Shown here in pieces: positions 20,022 through 29,646 of a stretch of 64,000 nt of DNA. A program made the position numbers and the translations under genes. The DNA is from Candidatus Dojkabacteria bacterium. Its GTDB lineage: Bacteria > Patescibacteriota > Dojkabacteria > J137. The stretch covers positions 139,988-203,987 of the forward strand of contig JBDTVZ010000003.1 of the NCBI GenBank assembly GCA_040006935.1, in the 5' to 3' direction. How positions within the stretch are numbered: the first letter of the stretch is position 1; each line of letters opens with the position of its first letter. The notes beneath the pieces are model-generated. The model was given only the letters and a program-made list of their open reading frames with translations, was not told the DNA's origin and did no database searches.

Positions 20022-20065
20022 AAATAATTGTTAATTAAAGAAAGTATATCAGTTTCAAAATAAAA

Positions 20066-20088
20066 AAAGACACCCTTGCGAGTGTCTT
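20066..20088 (-). terminator. Terminator hairpin downstream of the HD-domain gene.
   Basis: aagacac-ccttgcga-gtgtctt stem-loop; on the minus strand it is followed by a U-run (complement of aaaaaaa at 20062-20068). Confidence 0.5.
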
Positions 20089-20112
20089 AAAGAATTCAAA
20101 ACTAGATTTATT

Positions 20113-20736
20113 TTATTTAAACATTCCTTTACTCACAGCTTCATCTCTTATTGTAGTATATAGCTTCGTTATAATCTCTGAAAACTCATGTCGTGGAAGT
20201 TGCCTTGAATCTAACGCCTCTACAGTTCCATGTTCTCCGTCATCGGCTACATTTTTCCACCCTACTTCGTGAAAAGTTCTGTGTAAAACAGGATCTAATC
20301 GATCAATTGATTTAGCTATCATAGCTTCTACGCTTTCTCTTTTCTCACATTCTTCCCATAAATTTCTAAATTCATCTTTAAGGTCATCAGGTAAAAGATT
20401 GGTCATTTCATAAAAAGCAGCTCTTTCTTTTTCTTCCTTATCAACTCTTGCAGATGTATCCCAGGTCTTAGTATCACCAGTCTCAATCTCAGCCATATCG
20501 TGGATAATTGCCATTTTAATCATTTTCAATTGATCTATCTTTAAAGCTAATTCTTTTTCCAGCCTGGAAGCAAATAGCATGCAGATTAAAGCTACTGACC
20601 AAGAATGCTCAGCATCGTTTTCGAATGATCCGTCAGGTTTTGGAGTAAATCTATATGTGGTTTGAAGTTTACGAGCAATACGTAAGAATTCAATTATTTT
20701 AGAAATGTCAGAGCCTAATAATTCTAGACCTTCCAT
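20113..20736 (-). CDS. HD-domain phosphohydrolase (YfbR-like 5'-deoxynucleotidase family).
   Basis: HSWSVALI ... AIIHDMAEIETGD (H...HD...D metal-binding motifs). Confidence 0.8.
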   Translation of the reverse strand: MEGLELLGSDISKIIEFLRIARKLQTTYRFTPKPDGSFENDAEHSWSVALICMLFASRLEKELALKIDQLKMIKMAIIHDMAEIETGDTKTWDTSARVDKEEKERAAFYEMTNLLPDDLKDEFRNLWEECEKRESVEAMIAKSIDRLDPVLHRTFHEVGWKNVADDGEHGTVEALDSRQLPRHEFSEIITKLYTTIRDEAVSKGMFK

Positions 20737-21828
20737 TTATTTATTCTCTTTTACAATCTCAACTAATTTCTTAATTCCATTATTCCTTGTCATGAAAGTT
20801 CTCAATTGTTCTCTCATTGCAGGATTCCCTTTGTATTGTACTTTCAATACCTTATCCTCAACTTTTTCAATTTCTTTTTCCATATCTTCCTCTGTCGGGA
20901 TTAATTTTTCCTGAACAGCAAGGTTAATCGAAAGAATATCTGTGAAAGCCCCTTTAGTGATATCAGCTTCCCATTCTTTTTTAATATCATCCATTGATTT
21001 ATTCTGTGTCTTTAAGTATGTATCTAATTCCAGATTTATCTTTTTAAGTCTATCCTCAAAAGCGTGTTCTCTTCTATGTAACTCTTCGTGAACTAAATCT
21101 GAAGGAACTTCAAAATCTATAACTTTCATAGCTTCATCTAAAACTTTACTAGTAAATTCCTCCTCAGCTTGATTATCTTTTACTTCCTGTAAACTTTCTT
21201 TTACCTTACTTTTTAAACCCTCAACTGTCTTTTCATCTTCGTAGCCAAGTTCCACCACAAGTTCATCAGTAATTTCAAATGGCTTTACTTCTGACTTCGC
21301 TGAAGCTTCGTCAGATAAATCCTTATTCTTTTCATTTTTCTCATTCTTGCTCTCCCACTTCTCTTTTGGTAAAGTCGATTGAATAATGTTTCTAATTACC
21401 ATATCAACTTCTACATCTGTAACTGCTTCTTTCTTTACTGCAACTTTAATTTTTTTTAAATCTGAAATTTTGATTTCTGGAGAGTTAAATATTGAGAAAT
21501 TAAATGTGATGGATCCGTCTTTATTAAAATCTTTAAAATCATATTGAACTTTTGAAATTGGATTTAATTTTTCTTCGCTTAAAACTTCAAAGGCAACTTC
21601 TGGAAGAATTCTATTTACAGTCTCATTTAAGACGTCCATTGCAATTTTCCCCTCAATCATCTCTTTTGGAGCTTTCCCTGGTCTGAAACCCGGGACTTTA
21701 ACGTTTTTAGCTAGGTTATTAAACACTTTGGTCTGAACTTCCTTTTGATAAGTCTCTTTTACTGTTACTTCAAAAGTATAGTGATTTTTATGTTGATCAA
21801 TTTTCTTATATGAATATTTATCTGACAT
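20737..21828 (-). CDS. tig: Trigger factor, N-terminal ribosome-binding domain plus C-terminal domain; the PPIase domain appears absent.
   Basis: Signature GFRPGKAPK ribosome-docking motif at residue ~47. 363 aa versus ~430 for a canonical TF. No FKBP-type segment seen. Confidence 0.75.
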   Translation of the reverse strand: MSDKYSYKKIDQHKNHYTFEVTVKETYQKEVQTKVFNNLAKNVKVPGFRPGKAPKEMIEGKIAMDVLNETVNRILPEVAFEVLSEEKLNPISKVQYDFKDFNKDGSITFNFSIFNSPEIKISDLKKIKVAVKKEAVTDVEVDMVIRNIIQSTLPKEKWESKNEKNEKNKDLSDEASAKSEVKPFEITDELVVELGYEDEKTVEGLKSKVKESLQEVKDNQAEEEFTSKVLDEAMKVIDFEVPSDLVHEELHRREHAFEDRLKKINLELDTYLKTQNKSMDDIKKEWEADITKGAFTDILSINLAVQEKLIPTEEDMEKEIEKVEDKVLKVQYKGNPAMREQLRTFMTRNNGIKKLVEIVKENK

Positions 21829-21837
21829 TACATTTTA

Positions 21838-22215
21838 TTAATAAGTATCTATATCATCGCCGTCTCCGTATGGATTATCCATATCGAAATCTTCTTTGTC
21901 TAAATAAGGATCTTCATCCTTCATATTTACCTCTTCATCAACCCATTCCCCATCTTCATCCTCATCTGCTTCTGATGTTGGCAACTTTTTTACTACAACT
22001 TCCTCGGCTGCATCATTATCCGAAACCTGTATCTCACCCATTGTATAAGTAGTGTCATCATCTTCCTCAGGGGAAACTTCTGTGGGATAACCATCGTCAC
22101 CCATTATAGGTTCATCACTAATTATGGGATCTAACACAACATCCTCATCTGTCGAAGATTTTTTTATTTTCTTTGCACTTTTTGCTAGGTCAGTATTTAA
22201 TTTTGATTTAGCCAT
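21838..22215 (-). CDS. Highly acidic small protein (D/E-rich), function unknown.
   Basis: 125 aa with many Asp/Glu runs (EEDDDTTY, EADEDEDGEWVDEE). Immediately downstream of tig with a 9-nt gap. Confidence 0.45.
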   Translation of the reverse strand: MAKSKLNTDLAKSAKKIKKSSTDEDVVLDPIISDEPIMGDDGYPTEVSPEEDDDTTYTMGEIQVSDNDAAEEVVVKKLPTSEADEDEDGEWVDEEVNMKDEDPYLDKEDFDMDNPYGDGDDIDTY

Positions 22216-22289
22216 AATACTTTAGTTAATAAATAACTAGGTTTCAAAATATAACATAGATACGTCCTTTGTCAATACCCAAGGAGCTT

Positions 22290-23369
22290 CTAATATTCTT
22301 TAATGATACTCTCGGCGCAATGTTCCCAGGAAAATTTTTCTAGAAAATCCTCCTTAGGTTTCTTCTTCTTTATTTCGATTAATTCCTTCATTTTCATATA
22401 AATATCCCAATAATCATTCTGATCTGCATAAAGTGCATTCTCACCCATAACTTCTTTTAATACTTTTATATCACTACACAGAACCGGTAAACCTCTTGCA
22501 TATGCCTCGATTGGTGGAATCCCAAATCCTTCGTAAAAACTACAATACATAAATCCTCGTGCAAGGTCGAAAATATACGGAAGTTCTTCCTCAGGTACAT
22601 ATCCTGTAAAAATCACTTTGTCTTCCAGCCCAAATCTCTCTACCATTTCGAAGATTTCTTCATAATACCACCCTTTTTTCCCAACAATAACATAGCACAT
22701 ATCTGGCTCTTCTCTGCTTAATTCTGTAAATGCTCTAATCATTCGCAAGTGGTTCTTCCTAGGTTCTAGAGTACTCACACTTAATAGAAACTTTTTTGGG
22801 AGATTATATTTCCTTATAACTTTCTCTTGTTCTGAAATATTTTTAGGCTCAAAAGTCCATTTATGGAGGCCAGCTCCGGCAATAAAAATCTTCGATTGGG
22901 AAAATCTAGCATATTCGATTAATTCATCTCTAATTGTATTACACAATAAACTAATTTTGTAAGCTCTTCTTAATGCTAAATCAAGAAGAATTCTATACAT
23001 AAAACCAGCCTTCCGGCTAAAATATTGGGGGAATTTAATTGGCGCAAGATCATGGACCATTTGTATTGTCTTTGGGAAAAATATCGCAAAAGCAAAATTA
23101 GATGGAGAAATAAGCAAATCATACTTTTCTTCTTTAAGCATTCTAGAAACCTTCCAAATCCACTTGAAACCACCTCTTCCATCTACTATTTCTAGAACTT
23201 TAAAATTTTTTCGAAGATCTTTAAATTCCAGATTTTTCTTATTATTAGTTATTAATGTATACTCATTGATTTCATCAACTTTACTAAGTGCTTCTACAAT
23301 GCTCTGCGCGTAATAACCAATTCCTGCCTTAGTTGTAGTTATCATTGAGATATCGATAGCTATTTTCAT
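22290..23369 (-). CDS. GT4-family glycosyltransferase.
   Basis: C-terminal EGFGIPPIEAYARGLPVLCSD motif. Confidence 0.8.
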   Translation of the reverse strand: MKIAIDISMITTTKAGIGYYAQSIVEALSKVDEINEYTLITNNKKNLEFKDLRKNFKVLEIVDGRGGFKWIWKVSRMLKEEKYDLLISPSNFAFAIFFPKTIQMVHDLAPIKFPQYFSRKAGFMYRILLDLALRRAYKISLLCNTIRDELIEYARFSQSKIFIAGAGLHKWTFEPKNISEQEKVIRKYNLPKKFLLSVSTLEPRKNHLRMIRAFTELSREEPDMCYVIVGKKGWYYEEIFEMVERFGLEDKVIFTGYVPEEELPYIFDLARGFMYCSFYEGFGIPPIEAYARGLPVLCSDIKVLKEVMGENALYADQNDYWDIYMKMKELIEIKKKKPKEDFLEKFSWEHCAESIIKEY

Positions 23370-23412
23370 ATGATATACTGCTACTGCAAAATTAAGACTA
23401 AAAACCGAATAA

Positions 23413-24516
23413 ATGATTAATCAAATTTCGTTAAAAAACTTCAGGAACCTTGACCTGGAAAGCATAAAGCTTTCACCTCAATCAAACGTCATTATAGCAC
23501 CAAACGGAAGTGGTAAAACCAACTTTATTGAATCAATTTACTTTCTTGTATTGGGAAAATCATTTAAACCAGTGGAGAATAATATCCAACTAATCGGACC
23601 AAAGGAAAAGTTTTTCAGAATAAATCTAGAGGCCGAAAATAATGATTCTTACGAGCTTGTTATATCTAACGAAGATAATAGATTTACAAGAAAACTAAGC
23701 TTAAATACAAAAAAAATTCCAGTTTCTAAAATTCTCGATCGCTTACCAATATTGTTATTCGCTCCAAATTCAGTTGACCTTGTGGCCAATGAGCCAGGAC
23801 TTCGCAGAGATGATTTGGATAATTATTTATCTATGATCGACTCCACATATCGACAAAATACCGAGTCATATCAAAAAGTTCTCAAAAATAGAAATGTTTT
23901 AATTAAAATGATTAGAGAAGGAAAATCCTCCAGAAATGAACTCTCCTTCTGGACAAACAAAATCGCAGATTTAGCAGATTATATTTTCAAAACTAGATTG
24001 AAATTTTTTAAAGAAATTAATGAATTCCTAGATGAAACCGTAATTCAAATGAAGATTCTGGATTTAGAAACTAAGATCACAAGCCTTTATATAGAATACA
24101 AGCCCAACTTAGAAAGTGAAATAGAATCGTTCAAATTAAATCTTCTCAATAAATATGAGGAAAATATAGATAAAGAAATAATTGTAGGTAAAACACTATA
24201 CGGTACTCATAAAGATGACTTTAGCATTTTAATGAATGGAGAAAATCTCAGATTCTATGGTTCGAGAGGTCAACAAAGGCTTGGGGTTCTTCTTTTCAAG
24301 TTAAGCCAATCCAATCACTATTTCAGTCTTAAAAGTACAAAACCATTATTCTTAATCGATGACTTGATGAGTGAATTAGATGATTTTAATAGAGTTTTGG
24401 CTGCGGACTTGGTCTTAGGGAGTGGAAATCAATTTATCCTAACTTCAGCGGACGAAGATGAAGTTCCAGAAAAACTACAAAGTATTTCAAACTTGATTAA
24501 ATTAAAGCAAAGCTAA
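23413..24516 (+). CDS. recF: DNA replication and repair protein RecF.
   Basis: N-terminal LKNFRNL...PNGSGKTNFIESIYFL Walker A, GSRGQQRLGVLLFKLSQ signature and LFLIDDLMSELD Walker B; 367 aa. Confidence 0.8.
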   Translation: MINQISLKNFRNLDLESIKLSPQSNVIIAPNGSGKTNFIESIYFLVLGKSFKPVENNIQLIGPKEKFFRINLEAENNDSYELVISNEDNRFTRKLSLNTKKIPVSKILDRLPILLFAPNSVDLVANEPGLRRDDLDNYLSMIDSTYRQNTESYQKVLKNRNVLIKMIREGKSSRNELSFWTNKIADLADYIFKTRLKFFKEINEFLDETVIQMKILDLETKITSLYIEYKPNLESEIESFKLNLLNKYEENIDKEIIVGKTLYGTHKDDFSILMNGENLRFYGSRGQQRLGVLLFKLSQSNHYFSLKSTKPLFLIDDLMSELDDFNRVLAADLVLGSGNQFILTSADEDEVPEKLQSISNLIKLKQS

Positions 24517-24696
24517 ATATGGACCGTTGAAAGTTTTGTGTGCTTGTCCAACGGTAAAAATCCCTCGGCACTTCGTGCCACTCCCTTTTCAAAGGGAGAT
24601 TTCGCAATTCCTCCTTTTAAGGAGGTGGCCAGCTTTAGCTGGACGAAGGATGTTTACCGCACCGAAAGCAAGTCATAGACTTTGTGCGGTCCATAT
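24517..24696. repeat. GC-rich structured element C bounded by perfect 10-bp terminal inverted repeats (atatggaccg / cggtccatat); MITE-like or structured ncRNA.
   Basis: TIR at 24517-24526 and 24687-24696. Internal stems accgttg/caacggt, ggcac-ttc-gtgcc, ctccc-ttttcaaa-gggag, cctcc-ttttaa-ggagg, ccagc-ttta-gctgg and accgcac/gtgcggt. It shares gcacttcgtgc (reverse complement) with island A. The 63-aa ORF in the track is probably spurious. Confidence 0.35.
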
Positions 24697-24714
24697 TAGA
24701 ATTATTTTTAGGAA

Positions 24715-25116
24715 TTAGTCTTCAGGAAATAGGATGTTGAAATCCTTAATATTCTTAACTTCTTTCAAAGCGATAAGAGCGTCTAAAATCTCATTATTGT
24801 CTAAGATTTCTGCATTGGTATATTTTCTCATTTCTGAATTTGAAATATCAGTTTTGATTACAGCTTTCCTACCGGCTAAAACTCCTTCTGAAGGTGAGTT
24901 TAGAAACATGACGTAGCTGTTACCACAATTGTGGCAATCTAATCTACAAGAAATTCCATTAGGATCCTGATTGATTATTTCAACATCATTTTTATTATGT
25001 TTAGCACCACATTTATCACAAAAATTTGGGATAAGCGCAGTTAGTTGCTGTGTTAATTGTGAGTTATTTGCATTTCTTGGTGGCATAGTTTTATTTAAAA
25101 AAATAAATCTTAGCAC
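24715..25116 (-). CDS. Small zinc-ribbon protein (CxxC...CxxC), function unknown.
   Basis: CDKCGAKH ... CHNCGNSY pairs of cysteines. Confidence 0.45.
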   Translation of the reverse strand: MLRFIFLNKTMPPRNANNSQLTQQLTALIPNFCDKCGAKHNKNDVEIINQDPNGISCRLDCHNCGNSYVMFLNSPSEGVLAGRKAVIKTDISNSEMRKYTNAEILDNNEILDALIALKEVKNIKDFNILFPED

Positions 25117-25153
25117 TTTAATTATATACCTGCTAATAGCTATTTGGCAATAA

Positions 25154-25528
25154 TTAAATTTGTATGTATTCGAAATGCTCTATTTTAGACGTCTTATTTG
25201 GGTATGTTTGAATTGCCACAAAATCTACTCTCCACGGTTCTGATTTTAAATTATTTTTTAAAAGCCATTTATCGATTGTTTTCCTTAGGAAATATTTCTT
25301 TCTCTTCGTTAAAGATTGGTATACAGAGAAGGGAGAAAACACATTTAAACTTTTTACTTCTATAAATACGTAAAATCCGTCAAAGCTCATAATTAAATCA
25401 ATCTCTCCGCCTTTTACAGTAAAGTTCTTCTCAATTAATGTAAAACCTTTCTTTTGAAGAAATTTTAAAGCTAAATCCTCGGAATCTCTACCCTTTTCTC
25501 TATTTGAGACAGGGTTTTGCAAATTCAT
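25154..25528 (-). CDS. YraN/UPF0102 family (PD-(D/E)xK-like) protein.
   Basis: EDLALKFLQKKGFTLIEKNF...GEIDLIM...VFIEVKS matches the family pattern. Confidence 0.75.
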   Translation of the reverse strand: MNLQNPVSNREKGRDSEDLALKFLQKKGFTLIEKNFTVKGGEIDLIMSFDGFYVFIEVKSLNVFSPFSVYQSLTKRKKYFLRKTIDKWLLKNNLKSEPWRVDFVAIQTYPNKTSKIEHFEYIQI

Positions 25529-25540
25529 TTAAGAAGTGGA

Positions 25541-25930
25541 TTAACGCTTTGAATATTGCTCTGCTCTTCTTGCCTTTCTCAAACCTGGTTTCTTTCTTTC
25601 AACCATTCTAGGGTCTCGAGTAATAAGTTTAGCAAGTTTAAGCTGTTTCTTTTTCTCTGGGAACATTTTTGCAATTGCTCTAGAAATAGCATGTTGAACG
25701 GCTTCTAGTTGTGAGTATTTCCCACCACCAACTACTTTAGCAGTGAATGAGTAGGACTTAGGGTCCAAATCAGTTGCCTTAAATGGAACATCTAGTTTCA
25801 TTTGGTCAACATCATGAACATAAAGTTTATCAACGGGTTTTTCGTTAATTTGGTTTGTTCCAGCCTTCTTATACAATCTCAAAGTTGCTACTGATGTTTT
25901 TCTTCTTCCTATTGTGTAAATGTATTCCAT
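25541..25930 (-). CDS. rpsI: 30S ribosomal protein S9.
   Basis: C-terminal ...RKKPGLRKARRAEQYSKR signature. Confidence 0.95.
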   Translation of the reverse strand: MEYIYTIGRRKTSVATLRLYKKAGTNQINEKPVDKLYVHDVDQMKLDVPFKATDLDPKSYSFTAKVVGGGKYSQLEAVQHAISRAIAKMFPEKKKQLKLAKLITRDPRMVERKKPGLRKARRAEQYSKR

Positions 25931-25949
25931 ATTCTTAATTTATTTAATA

Positions 25950-26396
25950 TTAAATTGATAATTTCTTTACATCTAAAGGAGTTGGGTTCTGAGCTTCGTG
26001 AATGTGCTCTGCTCCACTGTAAATCTTAAGATTAGCCATCATTTTATCGGCTTGCTTTGTTCTTGGAAGCATTCCTCTTATTGCATTTTCTAATGGTCGT
26101 CCAGGAAATTTTCTCATCACTTCATCTAAACTCTGAAACTTTAATCCACCGGCAAATCCAGAATAACTTTTATAAAATTTAGTCATTCCTCGTTTTGGAG
26201 TGTAGTCTAGTTTAGCTGCGTTTATAACTACAACTTTAGTTTTTGGTTCGTGATAATCCCTTACTAATTTATCCATTTTACCTTGTAGAATTTCTGCAAC
26301 TTTCGAAGCAACTATTCCTATTCTTTTTCCTTGTGCATCTACGATGTACCAATTCTCTTTAATGTCTTTTTGTGATACTGAACTTGTCTTTTTCAT
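25950..26396 (-). CDS. rplM: 50S ribosomal protein L13.
   Basis: N-terminal WYIVDAQGKRIGIVASKVAEILQGK pattern; the standard position upstream of rpsI. Confidence 0.9.
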   Translation of the reverse strand: MKKTSSVSQKDIKENWYIVDAQGKRIGIVASKVAEILQGKMDKLVRDYHEPKTKVVVINAAKLDYTPKRGMTKFYKSYSGFAGGLKFQSLDEVMRKFPGRPLENAIRGMLPRTKQADKMMANLKIYSGAEHIHEAQNPTPLDVKKLSI

Positions 26397-26414
26397 CTTA
26401 TTTTATATTTTTAA

Positions 26415-26897
26415 TTATTTAGATTTGGTTACCTTTGAAACTGCTTTTTTCACTCTGCCAGCAACTGACTTCTTATCTTCTTTCTTCTTTTTCTGATCCA
26501 ACATTTTCTCTACCTCAGATTTCTTCCCTTTCTCTGAGTAGTTAACAAGCATTATATAAGCTTGCTCTGCATTATCTCCTTTTCTAGGTAAAGTCTTGAT
26601 TACTCTTGTGTATCCAGAATTTCTGTCTTGGCATTTTGTTTCTACAACTGTGTAGAATCTTTCAATTGCTCTATCGTTAGAAGCAAAGAAATTCGTTACC
26701 ATTTGCTTCCCACTTACAGTATTTCTTTTTGCATGTGTTACCAGTCTATCAAACTGAGATTTCACAATCTTAGCTTTACTAGGAGTAGTTTTAATTTTCT
26801 CTGCAATAACCAAGTCTAATACTAAGGATCTAACAAGAGCATCTTTATGAGCTGTTGTTTTGCCTTGCATTCTGTTTTTTTTGATTCCTTTCTTCAT
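26415..26897 (-). CDS. rplQ: 50S ribosomal protein L17 with a Lys-rich C-terminal extension.
   Basis: N-terminal HKDALVRSLV... L17-like; the standard position after rpoA; 160 aa versus ~120. Confidence 0.85.
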   Translation of the reverse strand: MKKGIKKNRMQGKTTAHKDALVRSLVLDLVIAEKIKTTPSKAKIVKSQFDRLVTHAKRNTVSGKQMVTNFFASNDRAIERFYTVVETKCQDRNSGYTRVIKTLPRKGDNAEQAYIMLVNYSEKGKKSEVEKMLDQKKKKEDKKSVAGRVKKAVSKVTKSK

Positions 26898-27865
26898 TAT
26901 ACTAATTTAATACTATATTTCTTTAATACATCAAGTAATTCTAAGTAAGACTTGCTTCCCATTCCTCTAATACTTGCAACTTCTTCCTCTGTAAGTCCTT
27001 CAAGTTTTCTAAGATTATCGTAATTTGATTTTAGTAAAGCATTCGTTAATCTTGTTGATAGGTTTAAATCTACAACTTTAATTGGAGCTTCCTTTACAAC
27101 AACTTTAGCCTGCTCTTCTTGTTCTTTTTGTAAAGCATTAACGGCAATAGTTACTTCCTTTCCAGTTAGCATTTGCTCTGTTTGAGTAATCAAGTGGCTA
27201 GTCATTTGATTTAGAATATCTGATGCAACATGAAGTGCCTCTACAGCAGTTACTGCTCCATTTGTTTCAATAACTAAGTCTAATTGATCCAGTTCAGTTT
27301 CTCTACCAACTCTCGCTGGGGAGATTGAATAAGTTACAAGCTTTACTGGTGAGTAGTTAGCATCAAGCGGTAACACTCCTAGCTCTTTTCGCATTTCTTC
27401 CTTAGGAAGAGAATAACCAACTCCTCTTTCGATTGTTAATTGAGCTTTAAATTTAGCTTTTGCGCTTGTTAGTCTTGTAATTACATATTCAGGATTAATA
27501 ACCTCAATATTTTGATTCTTCTCGATATCGCCAGCAGTTACTTCTACAACCTGCCCGTTTTTTCCGTTAATATTGATCTCTACTGTCACTGGCTCTAAAG
27601 ATTTAGAAACTACAACAACATTTTTTAAAGCAAGGGCAACTGTTAAGATATCATCACTTAATCCTTCCATAGAAGTATATTCATGATCGACACCATCGAT
27701 TTTCACTGCAGTGATTGCAGATCCAGGGATACTAGATAACAATGTCCTTCTTAAGAATGTCCCCAATGTACTTCCGTAACCATATGGCAAAGGTCCAATT
27801 TGGAACGTTACGGAATTATTTTCTCCTTGTACCTTTTTTATATTGAACTGTTTAAGTGAAATCAT
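26897..27865 (-). CDS. rpoA: DNA-directed RNA polymerase subunit alpha.
   Basis: N-terminal domain pattern (IGPLPYGYGSTLGTFLRRTLLSSIPG) and the C-terminal domain; TAATG overlap with rplQ. Confidence 0.9.
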   Translation of the reverse strand: MISLKQFNIKKVQGENNSVTFQIGPLPYGYGSTLGTFLRRTLLSSIPGSAITAVKIDGVDHEYTSMEGLSDDILTVALALKNVVVVSKSLEPVTVEININGKNGQVVEVTAGDIEKNQNIEVINPEYVITRLTSAKAKFKAQLTIERGVGYSLPKEEMRKELGVLPLDANYSPVKLVTYSISPARVGRETELDQLDLVIETNGAVTAVEALHVASDILNQMTSHLITQTEQMLTGKEVTIAVNALQKEQEEQAKVVVKEAPIKVVDLNLSTRLTNALLKSNYDNLRKLEGLTEEEVASIRGMGSKSYLELLDVLKKYSIKLV

Positions 27866-27892
27866 AGAATCTTTTTAATTAAGAGTTAATTA

Positions 27893-28492
27893 TTATCTAG
27901 AGTAAAGTTCAATTATTAATCTTTCTTTAATTGTCTTGTCCATGTCATCTCTAACAGGGTCATTTTTTACTTTACCGCCTTTTTCTAATTTAGTTAGCCA
28001 GTTAGGTACTACAGCAGCTTTATTTTGCTCTGTAATTTCTTTCATGTAAGTTGCTGACGATAAATCATCGTTTATTTTAATTTCATCACCAGGTTCTAAA
28101 ACTGTTGAAGGGATATTATGTTTTCTCCCATTAAGAGTAATATGTCCGTGTGTTACAAACTGTCTTGCTTGCCTTCTTGTAGTTGCAAATCCTAATCTAT
28201 AAACTACATTATCTGCTCTAAGCTCTAATAACTGTACAAGTCTCAATGCTGTGTTTCCTGGGGATTTTCTAGCTAATTTATAAAATCTAACAAATTGTGC
28301 TTCATTCAAGCCAAACATTCTCTTAACTTTTTGTTTTTCTCTGAATTGGATAGCGTAATCTGAAGGTCTCTTTTTAAGCACTGGGAATTGACCAGGTAAA
28401 GATGTTCTTCTCTTCCATTTATCGGAAGATCCAAGGACTGTTTCGCCTTCTCTTCTATTTATTCTCCATTTTGCACCTGTATATCTAGACAT
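27893..28492 (-). CDS. rpsD: 30S ribosomal protein S4.
   Basis: MSRYTG..., the RLDNVVYRLGFA-like segment and an S4 domain. Confidence 0.95.
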   Translation of the reverse strand: MSRYTGAKWRINRREGETVLGSSDKWKRRTSLPGQFPVLKKRPSDYAIQFREKQKVKRMFGLNEAQFVRFYKLARKSPGNTALRLVQLLELRADNVVYRLGFATTRRQARQFVTHGHITLNGRKHNIPSTVLEPGDEIKINDDLSSATYMKEITEQNKAAVVPNWLTKLEKGGKVKNDPVRDDMDKTIKERLIIELYSR

Positions 28493-28545
28493 AATTTAAT
28501 TTAATAAATTTATTTATACCCCTTGCATACGCTTGGGACGAACTA

Positions 28546-28959
28546 TTATTTCTTTGGTTTCTTTCTTGGTTTAGTTCCTCCGTGTGGTACAGGAGTTTTA
28601 TCAATTAACGCAGTGATTCTTAATCCTGCTGTTCTAATTCCTTTTACTGCTGCTTGTCTTCCGATTCCAACTCCGTCAACTATAACCTCAGACTCTCTCG
28701 CGCCTTGTTGAACCGCTTTTAATGCAGCATCCTCTCCAGCTTTAGTTGCAGCGTAAGCTGTACTTTTCTTACTCCCTTTGAATCCTACTAATCCACAGCT
28801 TGAATAAGAGATAACATTTCCTGCATAATCTGTAACACTAATAATAGTATTATTATATGTAGAATTTACTCTAACAAGAACCTTTGGAACTGAAACTTTG
28901 TTCTTTTTTTTCTTTACTACTTGTTTATCTACTTTTTTTGCTGCTGCTGATTTAGCCAT
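28546..28959 (-). CDS. rpsK: 30S ribosomal protein S11 with a Lys-rich N-terminal extension.
   Basis: ...GRQAAVKGIRTAGLRITALIDKTPVPHGGTKPRKKPKK, a typical S11 C-terminus. Confidence 0.9.
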   Translation of the reverse strand: MAKSAAAKKVDKQVVKKKKNKVSVPKVLVRVNSTYNNTIISVTDYAGNVISYSSCGLVGFKGSKKSTAYAATKAGEDAALKAVQQGARESEVIVDGVGIGRQAAVKGIRTAGLRITALIDKTPVPHGGTKPRKKPKK

Positions 28960-28981
28960 TTACTAATACTTAATTTAAATA

Positions 28982-29362
28982 TTATTTTGTGATTTTAACG
29001 TTTAATCCTCCTACAGGTCTAGCTTTACCTTTTCTAGTACGAGTATTGCTTCTCGTATTTTGACCTCTTACAGTTAGATTCGCCTTGTGTCTCAAGCCTC
29101 TATAGGCTCTAATATCTTTTAATCTTTTAATTGCTTGGAAAACTTTTTGTCTAACTTGTCCTTCTGTGGGAACATTCTTTTCAATGTATCCGTAGATTCT
29201 CTTGATTTCATCGTCTGTAAGCTCTCTTCCTTTTGTATCAGGTTTAACTTTAGTTGCGCCTAAAATTTTTTGTGAAGTTGATAATCCAATACCAAAAATG
29301 TAAGTTAGGCCTATTTCTATCCTCTTGTCATTTGGGATTTCTATACCAGCAATTCTAGCCAC
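28982..29362 (-). CDS. rpsM: 30S ribosomal protein S13.
   Basis: MARIAGIEIPNDKRIEIGLTYIFGIG N-terminus. Confidence 0.95.
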   Translation of the reverse strand: MARIAGIEIPNDKRIEIGLTYIFGIGLSTSQKILGATKVKPDTKGRELTDDEIKRIYGYIEKNVPTEGQVRQKVFQAIKRLKDIRAYRGLRHKANLTVRGQNTRSNTRTRKGKARPVGGLNVKITK

Positions 29363-29405
29363 AATATTATAATTAATAATTATATAGAGAAACTTCTCTT
29401 AAGTA

Positions 29406-29558
29406 TTATCCTTGTCTCTGCTTATGTTTAGGGTTTACTTTGCAATAAACATAGTAAGTAGGTCTCATTGAAACCTTTCCTTTAGAAATAACTTTCTTAT
29501 TTCTTTTCACTATGTAGCAATACCTACATCTTTTTTTTATTCCTGATTTTACTTTCAT
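29406..29558 (-). CDS. rpmJ: 50S ribosomal protein L36 carrying a ~12-aa internal insertion. Not in the supplied ORF track because it is shorter than 60 aa.
   Basis: Manual translation of the minus strand gives [50 protein letters not shown]. The consensus L36 ends ...[12 protein letters not shown]. It lies between rpsM and infA as in the canonical operon. Confidence 0.7.
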   Translation of the reverse strand: MKVKSGIKKRCRYCYIVKRNKKVISKGKVSMRPTYYVYCKVNPKHKQRQG

Positions 29559-29646
29559 GTTTTAAAATTCAAATTAGCAAATGCATTTATAACAAATTCC
29601 AGGCTAAATGTAAAGCCTATCGTGCCCACGAGGCACATAATGACTT

